Source of the DNA: Octopus vulgaris
Lineage: Eukaryota
Length of the DNA stretch: 64,000 nucleotides
Direction of reading: 5' to 3'
NCBI GenBank assembly: GCA_951406725.2
Contig: OX597817.1
Span: 54,560,001-54,624,000 of the forward strand
Position numbers and translations under genes: made by a program. Shown in pieces: positions 1 to 14,929 of the stretch. Each line of letters starts with the position of its first letter. The stretch's first letter is position 1. The notes under the pieces are model-generated. The model was given only the letters and a program-made list of their open reading frames with translations, was not told where the DNA came from and did not search any database.

Positions 1-127
1 GTCCTGAAAATTCCACACAGCCTTGGCATTGTTGTCTCATTTTATTTAACACACACACACACACACACGCACACACACACACACACACACACACGTACAC
101 ACACACACAGATACACATAAGTATATA

Positions 128-585
128 GAGTAATCCCTCGATTATCGCGTGTGGTATGTTCCAAACCACCCCCGATATAGGAGAAGATCCGCGAAGTAGA
201 GACAGTACTGTACTGTATATATATTTTTATCATTTTTATAATTTGTATATATTTATTTTATTATAAATGCAAAACAACACCCCACACTGCCTCCCGAGTT
301 TCGTTTTCCATACAGTATGTGCGATTCTTTGTTTTCTCCTTCACAGTACACTTACGTATTTTCTTTTAATATATTTTAATTAATGTGTGATACAGTGCAG
401 TACTGTACTCTATTTTTATTAATTTATTAATTTTTAGGCGTGAAAATGCTTGTTTTACCGCAGAAATAGTTAAAATTTTAAAAGAATATAAATACCTATC
501 GGCCGCAGAGATCCGCGATATATGGGGAGTCCGCGATATAAATTTACATATATTAGCCAGAAAAATCCAAAACATGTACCGAGTG
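128..585. mobile_element. pogo/Tigger-type MITE, one end truncated
   Basis: Starts GAGTAATCCCTCGATTATCGCG after TA; internal and terminal parts match the element at 3101-3396 in reverse orientation. Confidence 0.6.
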
Positions 586-589
586 TTAT

Positions 590-1204
590 ATAAATCAAAC
601 GTCCAGTCGACATCATGGTGTTTCGAGTGATCACTAGTGCGGTTGACGTTTTGCTACCTTTCATCTTCCCACACGGCCTCACACTCAACATGGAGGCTTA
701 CATGTAGTGCCTGGAGGAGGTAGTGCTGCCCTGGGTGAAGTGGATGGCTGCTGGAAAACCATATGTCTAGCAACAGAACTTTGCACCATGCACACAAGCA
801 GGAGAACCCACTCATGGCTGTCAGACAATTTCTGCGACCACATCATGCCTAACATCTGGCCACCTAACTTTCAAGACTGCAACGCCCTTGATTATTATGT
901 GCGTGGCGCAGTTGGCCAATAGACCAACAAAACTCCTTGTAATACCAAAAATGAACTGAAGGCAAGGATTATGGCAACATCTACCAACTTAAACAGGGAG
1001 ACCGCCTAGAAGAATTGCAGGAGACTTCGAAGTCGTCTGGAGGTCATCGCTAAAGCCAGTGGCGATTTTATTGAATAAATTTACTCTTTAGTATTTCAAG
1101 ATATCTTTTATGTAATTTTGGTAAATATATCTTTTAAAATGAAATGTCAGTATTATTTTCATTTTTGCATAATTTAGACGACAATTTATTCACCGCACTC
1201 TCTG
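590..1204 (+). pseudogene. Decayed Tc1/mariner-superfamily transposase (3' part)
   Basis: Translation contains IWPPNFQDCNALDYYV, a decayed WPPNSPDLNPLDY motif; stops and frameshifts present. Confidence 0.75.
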
Positions 1205-1516
1205 CATTCACTACCACCATGCACAGATATGAGCGCTGACACAAAAATAGTGTATACGTATGTACTTTTTATGTGCATGCATTTATGAATATATGTAAAA
1301 ATACCTGCGTAAATGCATACATACACACATATACACTCGCGCGGACACACGCATATATAATCCATTTAACGTTCTCTTATCCATTCTTACAAGTATCACA
1401 TGTGGTTTAGTGGAGCGGATTATCTACGGACGGATGCCTTTCCTATCGCCAACTCTCACCTAATTCCAAGAAAGGTAATGTTTCCCCACACCAAGCATAC
1501 ATGCATAAATACATGT

Positions 1517-1609
<93 letters not shown>

Positions 1610-2350
1610 CATATATACATATAAATATATATATATATATTTATATATGTATATATATATGTATGTATGTTTAAGTGTGTGTGTGTATATATATATATAT
1701 AGAAAGAGAGAGAGAAAGAGGGAAAGAGAGAGACGGAGAGACAGAGACAGAGTGAGACACAGAGGTAGAGAGAGAAAGAAACGGAGTGAGGAAGCTAGTG
1801 GTAGAGAAACTGTCATATGCAGACATGTACGGATATGAATGTGTTTATATACATATGTGTGTGTGTATGCATTTTCTTACACACATTGACACACACACAG
1901 ATACATTCACAAACACACTGGCACACACACATACACACGCACACATGAGTGTGCGTCAATCTATAAAGATCTACGCTGGATTGTGTGGTCCGGGTGTGCG
2001 TATGAACGTATGTTTCTACGTACGTGTTTATTGATCTTTGACTTAACAAAAGCCGTAAATGTCTATGTGCGTATATATATTCATATATGTGTGTGTGTGT
2101 AGATTTTGTAGGAGCCATATTGTCATGTTCGGGTTAGGAAACAACGGTCAAACATGATGGAAGAATTGTCTTGTGATATTTCGAGTTCTATGTCTGGCAA
2201 TTTTTATTTCTTCCCCTGTCATAATCTTAAGACAAACCTCTTCCATTGTCTCAATGGCAAACACATAAACACACACATATATGACTGCATGGGTATATAT
2301 AAACACACACACATCAGTGTTTATACATACATAAATACTCAAACACACAT

Positions 2351-2399
<49 letters not shown>

Positions 2400-3100
2400 T
2401 TGGGGCTGTAAAAGTTTTTCACAATAACCTTTGGAATGTTAGAGTTAGCTGTGAGCTGTAAAATATATTTTATTAAAGTATTTATGGCATGGCAACTAAC
2501 ATGATTGTGAGATATCTATTTGTATGTTAGATGCATAAAGTGAAACGATTAAATATGTGAATATAGCGAAAGATTTAAATGACAGAATATGTGACGCAGT
2601 TGGATGTCTGCTACATTATCTAAAGGTTAAAATAGATTTACTTAGGTACAGACGTGCATATAAATAAATATATTAATATGTATAAATACGTTTGGTTTTG
2701 CGAAAGGGAGAAAGAGAACTCAATACCTTTAATAGAGTGTAAATATGCCTTTCATAGTCCTATAGTGTTCTCAGCTCATAGAATATCATATCATATCATA
2801 TATAATTCGATGTACACTATATTTACAAAGCGCTTCTAAATAGTTTCTTACCAGTAAGACACGTGGTTAGGTAAGTTTTTATAACGTGCATTGTGTCTCC
2901 AAGCAGTCTCCAAGTTCTGAGCACGTGCATTGTAGTATCTTAAAATCAGGACCCCGGTGCATAAGAAACCGCAAGAAAAGAGAAAAAGTTTGATGGAAAA
3001 TGTTGAAAGAGAAGGCAAGCGGAAAAAGAAACGAAAACAAATTTAGAGTTACGTCCCCTTTAATCACAGAAGTCATAATTAAACTAGTTGTTTTAGAATA

Positions 3101-3396
3101 CAGTAATTCCTCGCCATATCGCGTTTCACCTATCGCGCACTCAGTACATCACGGTTCACCTATCGCGCACTCAGCACATTGCGGTTCACCTATCGCGCAC
3201 TCAGCATATCGTGGTTCACTCATCGTGCACTCAGTAGATCGTAGATTTTTCTGGCTAATATAAATAGATTTATATCACGGATTCCTCAGTATATCGCGGG
3301 TTTCTGTAGCCGATAGGTATTTATATTTTTTTACATTTTTATTATTTCTGTTCGAGGTTTAGGAACGTTACACCCGCGATAGTCGAAGGATTGCTG
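3101..3396. mobile_element. pogo/Tigger-type MITE with internal 30-bp tandem repeat (about 4 copies)
   Basis: TA-flanked imperfect TIRs CAGTAATTCCTCGCCATATCGCG / CGCGATAGTCGAAGGATTGCTG; unit GGTTCACCTATCGCGCACTCAG... repeated at about 3117-3240. Confidence 0.75.
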
Positions 3397-4026
3397 TATT
3401 TCAACATACAAGGTTCCAGGTTTGGGATACTGTTATTCAATCTGAAGTCGGTAGTGTCCTCATGTCTGCCAAAAGAAATTTTTCCATATGCTTATATTTG
3501 CTGAAAATTTCGGATCTAGAATTAAGTAATGTGGCCGAATGTTTGGAACTAACTGAAACAGCGATATATCAGTTACGCATATGTTGCATTTCTTACGACC
3601 ATTTACACAAGGCGTGGATTTCTCCTCGATTCTCCCACGATTACATCCGGTGTTCCTAACCACTTGTATTAATGCCAAGAAAAGTACTAGTAGCTCTTAT
3701 TTTGATAATTGTATGTTGCATGATATTCATATCTCACTAGAGGGAGTACGTTTTTCGTTTATCTTAGCTCACCGGAACAATAAGCAATACATATACGGAT
3801 ATATGATATAATATGCTATGATATATATGTATATATATATACACACACACACACATATATATACATATATGTATGTGTATATATATATGTAAGTATATGC
3901 ATATATATATATGTGTATATATATATATGTATATATGTATGTATATATATAAATATATATATATATATCATATATATATATGTGTGTGTATGTGTATATA
4001 TATATATATGTATATATATTTCCATA

Positions 4027-4426
4027 TACTCTTTACACTTTTACGCATTTCACTCATTTGAATGCGGCCATGCTGGAGCACCGCCTTTAGCCGAAGAAAT
4101 CGACCCTATGACTTATTCTTTGTACTTATTCTAATAGCCTCTTTTGCCGAAACACTAAGTTTCGGATACATAAACAAACCAGCATTAGTTGTCAAGCGAT
4201 GGTGGGGGACGAACACAGAAACAAAGACACACACAAATAAATATAGATACATACATATATACATATATACGACAGGCTTCTTTCAGTTTCCGTCTACCAA
4301 ATCCACTCACAAGGCTTTGGTCGGCCCGAGGCTATAGTAAAAGACACTTGCCCAAGGTGCCATGCAGTGGGACTGAAGCCGGAACCATGTGGTTGAGAAT
4401 CAAGTGTCTTACAACACAGCCACGCC
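4027..4426 (-). mobile_element. tRNA-derived SINE family A (CORE-like CCTTGGGCAAG motif, internal microsatellite)
   Basis: Homologous to more than 10 other copies in the window; A/B-box-like head GGCTGTGTGGTAAG...GGTTCAGTCCC; tail GGCGGTGCTCCAGCATGGCCGCA. Confidence 0.85.
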
Positions 4427-4447
4427 AGTGTCTATCTATCTATCTAT

Positions 4448-5837
<1,390 letters not shown>

Positions 5838-5937
5838 AATATATTGTCTATTGACTATTTTCTACATGCTAGGACACTGGTAGAAAAATTTCTATAATTA
5901 CCCTACCAAGCATATTTCTCTCTCTCTCTCTCTCTCT

Positions 5938-5972
<35 letters not shown>

Positions 5973-5974
<2 letters not shown>

Positions 5975-6185
5975 AGGTTGGCCAAGAGGCACCCGACAGT
6001 AAATCAAAATTCCATAAATACATACTAAATATTCAACTTTATTTATTCATTCTAATTACGAATGTTTAATAATTGAATCCTGTGAATTAAAATCACCGTT
6101 TTTTTCCAACATTTGATTATTTTTGGTTTTAACCTTTGAATTAAATGGGTTTGATTTACTATCAGGTGACTTTTGACCATCGCTG
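5973..6185. mobile_element. Tc1/mariner-type MITE
   Basis: TA-flanked imperfect TIRs CAAGGTTGGCCAAGAGGCACCCGACAGTAAATCAAA / TTTGATTTACTATCAGGTGACTTTTGACCATCGCTG. Confidence 0.7.
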
Positions 6186-6218
6186 TATATATACATATAC
6201 ATACAGGGAGATAAATAA

Positions 6219-6289
<71 letters not shown>

Positions 6290-7635
6290 TAGGGAGAGAG
6301 AGAGAGAGAGTGAGAGAAAGACACGGAGAGAAAGACGGGGAGAGAAAGTGAGAGTGAACGAAAGAGAGTGTGAGTGAGAGAGAGAGAGAAAGAAATAGAG
6401 ACAGAGAGGGAGAGAGAGAAAGAAGAGAGAGAGAGAGAGATAGTCCCATACCATAGTAGAAATAAAATGAAATTTTTATAGATGAAGGATCCCTGTTTGA
6501 ACCAAAATATGTCCCGTCAGTTTCGGAACCTTAAAAAACCCCGCCCAGATACATTTAAGAACCATGTACGTTTAAAGTTAAACCTTATGAATTGTAGATA
6601 CAGATGTTTTCAACATCGTATGTTATTTACTTGGATGTGGTATTTGAGTCCTTACTCCGCTTTACCTTCTCTAAGTTGACGTTTGCTGGATAGACGTAGT
6701 CAAGAGTGAAGGTATATTGTCTGAAGTTTGTAAGGTCGCAAAGAAGGTTGTTATTTAATACGTTGCACTTATTGATGTTTAGCTCCAAGCCAGTATAACA
6801 TCAAAAGTTCTCCAAACATACCTTTGCCTGCTTTGAAGCTCTATCTTTGACATGGGCTTTAGGTCAAGTCCAGTTACTGGAATCAAAACGGTAGCCCTTG
6901 AGATAGAAGATGCACATCCCAGGTTTTATAGGCAGGTAGAGATCTTTGGACACAGAAAAGTTTTTAATTTTTTGAGGAATGGAGCTAGCTTTAATACACA
7001 CCAGTTGAGAGCAACAAAAGCCATCATGCTCAGATCTCTAGCTCGGTTGATACAGATGAGAGAGGTAAACATTGGGGGAAAATTAAGCAAGTAATTTACT
7101 TTTACATGGAGGAAGTTCGTCAAGAAATCCAGGTTCAATTACATCAGCGTTTGTCAACCTTACACGGAATGTCTGTATCTTTATGAGCGCCACATATACT
7201 GTAGTAATAGTTTTACTAAATTTCATGCTTTCATTTAGAATAGAAGGCCAGTTTAACAAAGTAGGTTTCTGTTGAGGTCCAACAACGATAAAATAAAAAA
7301 TTTAAACTAGAACTACATATAAGGCCGAGGTTAAAACTAAATGTCAGAGTCTAATTAACTTCTGAATTTTTCTCTAGCAAATACGGGAAGCAAACTCCGA
7401 AGAGGATTCATTTTATTTTCCGACTTCTTTCCGAAGTATAGATATCGCAGTACTACTTTAATAAGGAGAAACTGAATCAATAAATAAATATAACAGAAAT
7501 AGTTATTTTTTGTGAGGACTACACACGTTAAGCATTTGAATGATTCATATGTCAGGCACATCATCTATAATAATATTCTTAGTTTTGACATTCTCAATGT
7601 AATGAACATCAGAAGGTTGATAGGAAAACTTGTGC

Positions 7636-7710
<75 letters not shown>

Positions 7711-7775
7711 TAAAACAGTAAGATAACAAAAGAAAAAAAGAGACTTCAATATTATGTAAATAGAGGAAATTTATC

Positions 7776-7966
7776 TATAAAATAATATGTTACATTACTC
7801 GATAGTCAAGATAAAACTCTGAGTTTCAGATGCCGAAGTGGGAATCCACAACGTCATCTCTTCGGTTATCTGGCTATTTTTCAAACCGAAGAGATGACGT
7901 TGTGGATTCCCACTTCGGCATCTGAAACTCAGAGTTTTATCTTGACTATCGAGTAATGTAACATAT

Positions 7967-7975
<9 letters not shown>
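7776..7975. repeat. Perfect 92-bp inverted repeat with 16-nt spacer, between (TA)n tracts
   Basis: 7776-7867 is the reverse complement of 7884-7975. Confidence 0.95.
7809..7871 (-). ncRNA. Type I hammerhead ribozyme, U4C core variant
   Basis: AGATAA-CCGAAGA-GATG...CATC-T-GAAA-CTCAGAG-TT-TTATCT: 6-bp stem I, stem II, near-palindromic stem III ACTC(A)GAGT. A second copy on + at 7884-7942 has a truncated stem I. Confidence 0.7.
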
Positions 7976-8007
<32 letters not shown>

Positions 8008-8026
8008 CACACACACACACACACAT

Positions 8027-8101
<75 letters not shown>

Positions 8102-8104
<3 letters not shown>

Positions 8105-8480
8105 GAGCAAAATGCCGCCCCGTCCAATGGACGGTGATAAGTTGTCAAACATTTAAACTAAATTTTCTGAGAACAACTTGTCTGACCGTCCCATTTCGTG
8201 GTATTATTTCAAGCCAGCCGGCTTTTTTTTGCGCAAACTGCACGTGCATTTTTCTCGCGTACGCGTAGTATCAATCGCAACAGCTGATGCACTTGCGCGT
8301 ACAAATGCACGTTCTCACGGCTTTATCGATCGCATTCTCACCTGGAATCGATTTTTGTACTTTTTTCAAGACTTATACATGCCCTAATACCGTCAGTATT
8401 TACATATCAAATTTGAGCGCAATCGGATGGAGGATGCCCGAGATCCTAGAAGACACATACACAGACAGACAGAACGGATT

Positions 8481-8490
<10 letters not shown>
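8102..8490 (-). mobile_element. Probable non-autonomous Helitron-like element
   Basis: Minus strand starts TATATAC..TCTGTCTGTCTGTG and ends with a GC-rich segment plus CTCGTA (decayed CTAG); no TIRs. Confidence 0.4.
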
Positions 8491-8529
<39 letters not shown>

Positions 8530-8531
<2 letters not shown>

Positions 8532-8684
8532 GACGTTCTTCTTTCAGTTTCCACCTACGAAATCCACCCATAAGGCTTTTGTCGGTCCGAGGCTATAAAA
8601 GAAGACACTTGCCCAAGGTGCCACGCTGTGAGATTGAACCTGGAGGTATGTAGCTGGTAAGCAAGTGACTTACCACACAGCCAC

Positions 8685-8686
<2 letters not shown>
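8530..8686 (-). mobile_element. SINE family A, 5' half
   Basis: Homology to other family A copies. Confidence 0.8.
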
Positions 8687-8750
<64 letters not shown>

Positions 8751-8758
<8 letters not shown>

Positions 8759-9744
8759 ATACTGGGAGGAAGAGAAATGGAACGAAGCGATGAATCGAAT
8801 CGAACCTGACGCGAACGCGCTGTCAGACAATAATGTAATAAATAAAATATATGCATACATACAAACATATATGTACATACCTACATCTACATGTATATAT
8901 ACATGCATATATATATATATATATACGTGAGTACAGGACACCACAACTAGACGTAGTACTCAATGAAAAACGAAAACGGAAAAGCCATTTTTTTACAACA
9001 AAAAAACAGAGACGTGGAACTCAACGAGAAACGAAAACGGGAAAAACATTATTTTTTACAACAGAAAAACAAGGTACAGGACATACTACACAAGGAAAAA
9101 TCTCCAATCATCAGCTGTCACTAGCAGACTCAAGCGTGTTTCGAAGGCAAGACAGGACACGACTCGTCAACTAATCCTTCCTGCGAGAGAATTAAAATAA
9201 AATTGCCTCGCAGAGGGGTAAAAACAGACAATGAAAAAAATGTAACAAAAACAGGACGCAAAAACGACACAAATAAAACTGCAAAATAAAATACAAGATA
9301 AAAATACATGTACAAGAAAGTACAAAACGAGAAATAAAAAGAAATTACAATACGAGAAATCAAAATGGACAAGAAAAACAAACGAGAAAAACAAACGAAA
9401 AGGCCTTTTTTTCTGGCATAGACGGAGGATGTTGTAGTAGCAGCGCATAGGAACACGACTCTTCAGCTTGAAAACAGGGTGCAAAAGTAAGTGGTTTTGG
9501 CTAGGAGTGACAATGATGAGGAGGAGTGAGAGAGAGAGATAGAGGAAGACAAGCGGCTGAGAGAGAGATGAGGAAGAGTGAGAGGGAGAGAGTGTGGGGA
9601 AGGTAAAGCAAAGGGAGAGAATTTCGCGTCATAATTATATATAAAACAATACTGGGAGGAAGAGAAATGGAACGAAGCGACGAATCGAATCGAACCTGAC
9701 GCGAACGCGCTGTCAGACAGCTACTACAACATCCTCCGTCTATG
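8751..9744. repeat. Composite rearranged element: 79-bp direct repeat (8751-8829 / 9641-9719) and 25-bp inverted repeat (9417-9441 / 9720-9744)
   Basis: ATAAAACAATACTGGGAGG...CTGTCAGACA occurs twice with 1 mismatch; CATAGACGGAGGATGTTGTAGTAGC recurs as its reverse complement. Confidence 0.85.
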
Positions 9745-10005
9745 CATATTTATGCATATATATAAAAATAAATGGTGGTCAAGTTGGTACCAGTTTCGAA
9801 ATTTAGCGCCAAATAGATGCCTGATTTCTCATCGGCCAAAGTCTGCCAGCTATTATTGTTCACTGATATTTCTTCCTATCATGTCTGTAACATATTTGTG
9901 ACTATTCAGTGGTACAGAAATGTGTTTCACTTCTATTTTAGCAATGTAGGTACTCATGCAGTCCCTTCTGTAATTATGTACAAATCTAGTATTGCATGTA
10001 TGTGC

Positions 10006-10059
<54 letters not shown>

Positions 10060-10170
10060 GAAAAACTGCACATTACAGGACAAAATACCAAATGAAGTTC
10101 AACCCCTCCTTAGTTGTCGACTATGATATTACACCCTGCTTTGCGCACCAAATATGAAGACGACTGCAAA

Positions 10171-10200
10171 TACGTTTCAGCATAATTCTGACATCATCAG
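10171..10200 (-). ncRNA. HHR-like core with decayed stems
   Basis: Minus strand CTGATGA-TGTCAGAATTATGCT-GAAA-CG-TA; canonical core with ACGT palindrome, but stem I does not pair. Confidence 0.45.
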
Positions 10201-10382
10201 CGAAATATGCTTTGCACAGATTTATAGAGGTAGTGTGAATGTCGCTTTCTTTAATCTTTAGTTAAAATAAAGACGATTTTTACATGAATCTAAGAGGAGA
10301 CTCAGATTAACAGCGTCACGTTTGTTAGTTTTGTAGAGTGAAAATCTATTCTTAAACAGCATCCTTTTCGTTTTCTTTGTCT

Positions 10383-10570
10383 TATTTCAGTCATTTGACC
10401 GCGGCCATGTTGGAGCACCCTCTTTCTAGTCGAACAAGTCGACCCCAGGACTTACTCTTTGTAAGCCCAGTACTTATACTATCGGTTTCTTTTGCCGAAC
10501 CGCCAATTTACGGGGACGTAAACAGACCAACATCGGTTATCACGCGATGATGGGGGACAAAAACAGACAC

Positions 10571-10645
<75 letters not shown>

Positions 10646-10820
10646 CATATTTACACGACGGGCTTCTTTCAGGTTCCGTCTACCAAATCCACTCACAAGG
10701 CTTTGGTCGGCCTGAGGCTATAGTAGAAGACACTAGCCCAAGATACCACGCAGCGGTACTGAACCCGGAACCATGTGGTTGGTAAAGAAGTTACTTACCA
10801 CACAGCCACTCCTACGCCTA
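10383..10820 (-). mobile_element. SINE family A, full length
   Basis: Head, body, internal (CA)n and tail all present. Confidence 0.9.
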
Positions 10821-11023
10821 CATTCTTGTTGACAATGACTTCGAAGTTTCGACCTGTTAAGCCGTCATTGGAATGCATTGCGACGATGGTTTAACTGGCC
10901 GGAATTTCGAACTCACTGTCATAAACACACACACACATACATACACATTCATATATGCATGTATATGTGTATGTTATGTATATGAGAGAGAGAGAGAGAG
11001 AGAAAGAAATGAGAGAGGGAAAG

Positions 11024-11084
<61 letters not shown>

Positions 11085-11379
11085 GAATGAAAGCAAGTGA
11101 ATGAGTGTCCCTAATGAGAAGGGTCAGAGAAAGGTTTTGCCGGTTTGGGCGGAGGCTTAGATATTGTTTAAATCTGATTAGTTCCAGGTTCTTTGACTCG
11201 TTGAATAATGGCGTTGTGGAGAGGATATGGGGTTGAGGTGGGGCTGTGGTGAGTTTTCGGGCAGTTATATGTGTATATATAGGGAACACAAAAACCCCAG
11301 TAGCAGCAGCAGCAGCAGCAGTAAACACCGTGCTAACAAGAAGAATAAAAACGATGACAACAACAGCAACAACAACTAG

Positions 11380-11533
11380 AGTGACTTCAATAAAATTAAC
11401 GAACAATCATAGGGGGGAAAAGAGGCAACAACAACAACAACAACAACAATTGACTACATTGACAGTAACATCAGCCACAAGAAAGCAAATAAACAACACA
11501 AGCATCGCCACCAATGACAACAAGAATAACAGC

Positions 11534-11602
<69 letters not shown>

Positions 11603-11635
11603 GATAATACTAATAGTAGTTGTAGTAATGATGAT

Positions 11636-11674
<39 letters not shown>

Positions 11675-11871
11675 TATAATAATAAAGAATATAATAATAA
11701 TACTGGTGATAATAATAATAATAATAATAATAACAAAGATAATAATAATAGTGGTAGTAGTAGTAGTAATAATAATAATAATAAAAAAGATAATAACTGT
11801 AGTAGTAGTAGTAATGATAATAACAATAATAATAATAATAAAAATAATAATTTTAGTAGTAGTAGCAATGA

Positions 11872-11921
<50 letters not shown>

Positions 11922-12001
11922 TCATTGCTACTACTACTATTATTATTATTATTATTATTATTATTAAAACAATTATAATAAAGATAATAGTAGTAGTAGT
12001 G

Positions 12002-12043
<42 letters not shown>

Positions 12044-12209
12044 ATGATGATGATGATGATGATGATTTTGTTTTATTTGCCACCAGGGTGAAGATTGGGG
12101 GTACAATACAAAAACTGATACAAAGTGACGGGGTTTACATACAATGAAATAACAAATATGTATGTGTGTGTGAGTGTGTGTGTCGTGTGTGTATACACAC
12201 ATGCACACA

Positions 12210-12258
<49 letters not shown>

Positions 12259-13900
12259 ACACTTGGTATAGAGTAAAACAAAGAACGGAAGCATAGAGAG
12301 TAAAGCGAAAGGATGGTAGGGATGTGGCCCTCGTGATATTTACAAAAACAACAACAACAACAATAATAATAAAAATAATAAAAAGCAATATAAATAACAA
12401 TAACACCAAATGCGACGATTGAAGAATCCACAACTCGAAAAAGAATTGTATGTGTACCAATAACAACATCTACAACAACAACTACAACAACAAAATCAAC
12501 AACGATGACACCACCACCACCACCACCACCACAAGCACCACCACCAACGGCAACAACAACAACAGCAGCAGCAGCAACAACAAGTTCAAAAGCAGCACTA
12601 CAAACTACAGCTTCCCCACAACCACCACTACCACCACCACCACCACCACCACTACTATTACCACCACCACCACCACCACTACCACCACTGCTACTATCAC
12701 CACCACCACCACCACCACCACTACCCCCCACCATCACCACCACTACTACTATCACCACCACCACCACCACCACCACCACCACTACTACTATCACCACCAC
12801 CACCACCACCACCACTACTACTATCTCCACCACCACCACCACTACCACTATCACCACCACCACCACCACCACCACCACCACCACTACTACTATCACCACC
12901 ACCACCACCACTATTACTATCACCACAACCACCGCCACCAATGCTACTACTACTACCACACCGCCACCGTCACCGCCGCCACCACTGCAGCAACGGGAAC
13001 AAAGGCAACGCATGCACCGTTACCACCACCGCCGCCGCCGCCAACGGCAAAGATAGGCGCAAATACCACCACCACTACCACCAACACCATCAACATTAAC
13101 AACAACAATAACAACAACAATAACAACAACAACAACAGCAACAATACAATACAAACAACACCAACCTCTCCACCACCACCAACAACAAAGCAACAATAAC
13201 AACAACAGTAGCAAAGATAACAGGAATACAACCATCAGTAACAACATCAACCAGCAGCAGCAGTAGCAGCAGCAACAGCAGAAGCGGCAGCGACAGCAGC
13301 AGCAGTAGGAGCAGCAACAAGCGTTTAAGCATGAAATGGAATAGAGAAGGTGGAGAGGAGTAGTGGTGTCAAGAGAGGTTATAGAGGAGTGGGAGGATGG
13401 TGTTGTGGTCGGGTGAGGTTGAGGGTAAGGGTGAGAGTGAGTATAATGGAAGGAGTAGACTGGGGGTGGGTGGGAGGAGGTGGGATATGGCACAAAGGTT
13501 TCGGAATAAGTAGTAGTAGTAGTAGTGTTGGTGGTGGTAGCGAACGTGGTTGTGTTTTAGTTGTGTGGTGGCGCTGGTAGCGGCCTTGGATGTAATGCTT
13601 GTATCGGTGTTGTTGTTCTTGGTGGTGGTGGTAGTAGTGGTGGTGGTGGTAGTAGTGGTGGTGGTGGTAGTGGTGGTGGTGATGGTGGTGGTAGTGGTGG
13701 TGGTGGTGGTTTAGGAGGTGTTGGTGGTGGTGGTTTTAGTGGCGGGAAATATTGTTCTGATTGACAGTAATAGGCTTTGCCGATGTGGTGGTCGTGGCAG
13801 GTGTGGTTGATGGTAGACGTTATTGTTGTTGTTGTTGTTGTTGTTGCCAGAGTACTCGGAGTAGCTGAAGTCATGTTGTTGCTACTATTGTTAATAGTGT
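11380..13900. repeat. Compound trinucleotide microsatellite domain (AAT, AGT, ATT, CAC, CAA, GGT)
   Basis: Direct reading; explains the long homopolymeric ORFs. Confidence 0.9.
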
Positions 13901-13907
13901 TGTGGGT

Positions 13908-14155
13908 TTGGCAGAATCGTTAGCGAGTCAGGTAAAAAAGCAATCTTATTTTACTTCTTTTTACGACTCTTTACGTTCTGAGTTCAAATTCCGCCGAGGT
14001 CGACTTTGCCTTTCATCCTTTCGGGGGTCGATAAATTAAGTACCAGTTGTGTCCTGGGGTCGGTCTAATTGGCTGGCCTCTCCTACCAAATTTCAGGCTC
14101 ATTGTGCCTATAGTACAAAGGATCATCATCATCATCGTCACCATCATCATCATCA

Positions 14156-14207
<52 letters not shown>

Positions 14208-14500
14208 ATTCCACCGAGGTTGATTTTGTCTTTCATCTTTTGAGGTCGATAAAGAAAGTACAAGTTGAAGACTGGGACGTTTATTTTTATTATTATTGAT
14301 ATCATTACTAAGGTGGCGAGCCGGTAGAATCGTTAGAACGCCTGGTGAAATGCTTAGCAGAATTTCGTCTGTCTTTATGTTCTGAGTTCAAATGCCACCG
14401 GGATCGACTTTGCCTTTCATTCTTTCGGGGTCGATAAATTAAGTAGCAGTGAAACACTGCAATCGAAATTTCAAGCATCATTTTGTCTATAGTAGAAGGG
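13908..14500 (+). mobile_element. Cluster of SINE family B copies (about 13908-14120, 14205-14280, 14310-14500) among (ATT)n
   Basis: Shared motif GTTCTGAGTTCAAATTCCGCCGAGGTCGACTTTGCCTTTCATCCTTTCGGGGTCGATAAA. Confidence 0.8.
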
Positions 14501-14504
14501 TTTG

Positions 14505-14876
14505 TTCACAGCTTCTAACACTGGAGATGTACTACGGTGCGAGCTGTTCCCTACCAGTGAACTAAGGTAACACCCCTTATTTTTCGAGCACCTTCCGGAG
14601 TATTTGAGCGATTCCAAGCAGTGCTGTTTCCTGCAAGTGCTCCACCCTTATTGCAGCCCCTATTTGTTCTATGTACTTCTCAAGGATTTTACTCACTGTT
14701 CCCAGGGCTCCGACAGTTATTGGTACCACTACCACCTTTTTTTTGAGACCACAACTGCTTTACCTCCCAAGCTAACCCGTCATATCTATCAACTTTTCTT
14801 TCTTCCTTATCGCATACCTTGTTGTCAGCTGGACATGCTATATCTATGATCCAGTATAGTTTGCTTTGTTCCTCAA

Positions 14877-14878
<2 letters not shown>
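14505..14878 (-). mobile_element. 3' fragment of an RLE-type (R4/Dong-like) non-LTR retrotransposon
   Basis: IIDIACPADNKVCDKEERKVDRY..L..EVKQLW, then after a frameshift VGALG...LRKVLEK*; 5' end abuts (TAA)n. Confidence 0.75.

Positions 14879-14929
<51 letters not shown>

Noticed and set aside
3117-3240. 30-bp repeats resembling a CRISPR array
   Set aside because: Contiguous tandem units with no unique spacers, inside a MITE, with no cas genes
11246-13199. Long ORFs of 180-330 aa (poly-N/T/H/P/I)
   Set aside because: Translations of trinucleotide microsatellites, open in several frames on both strands
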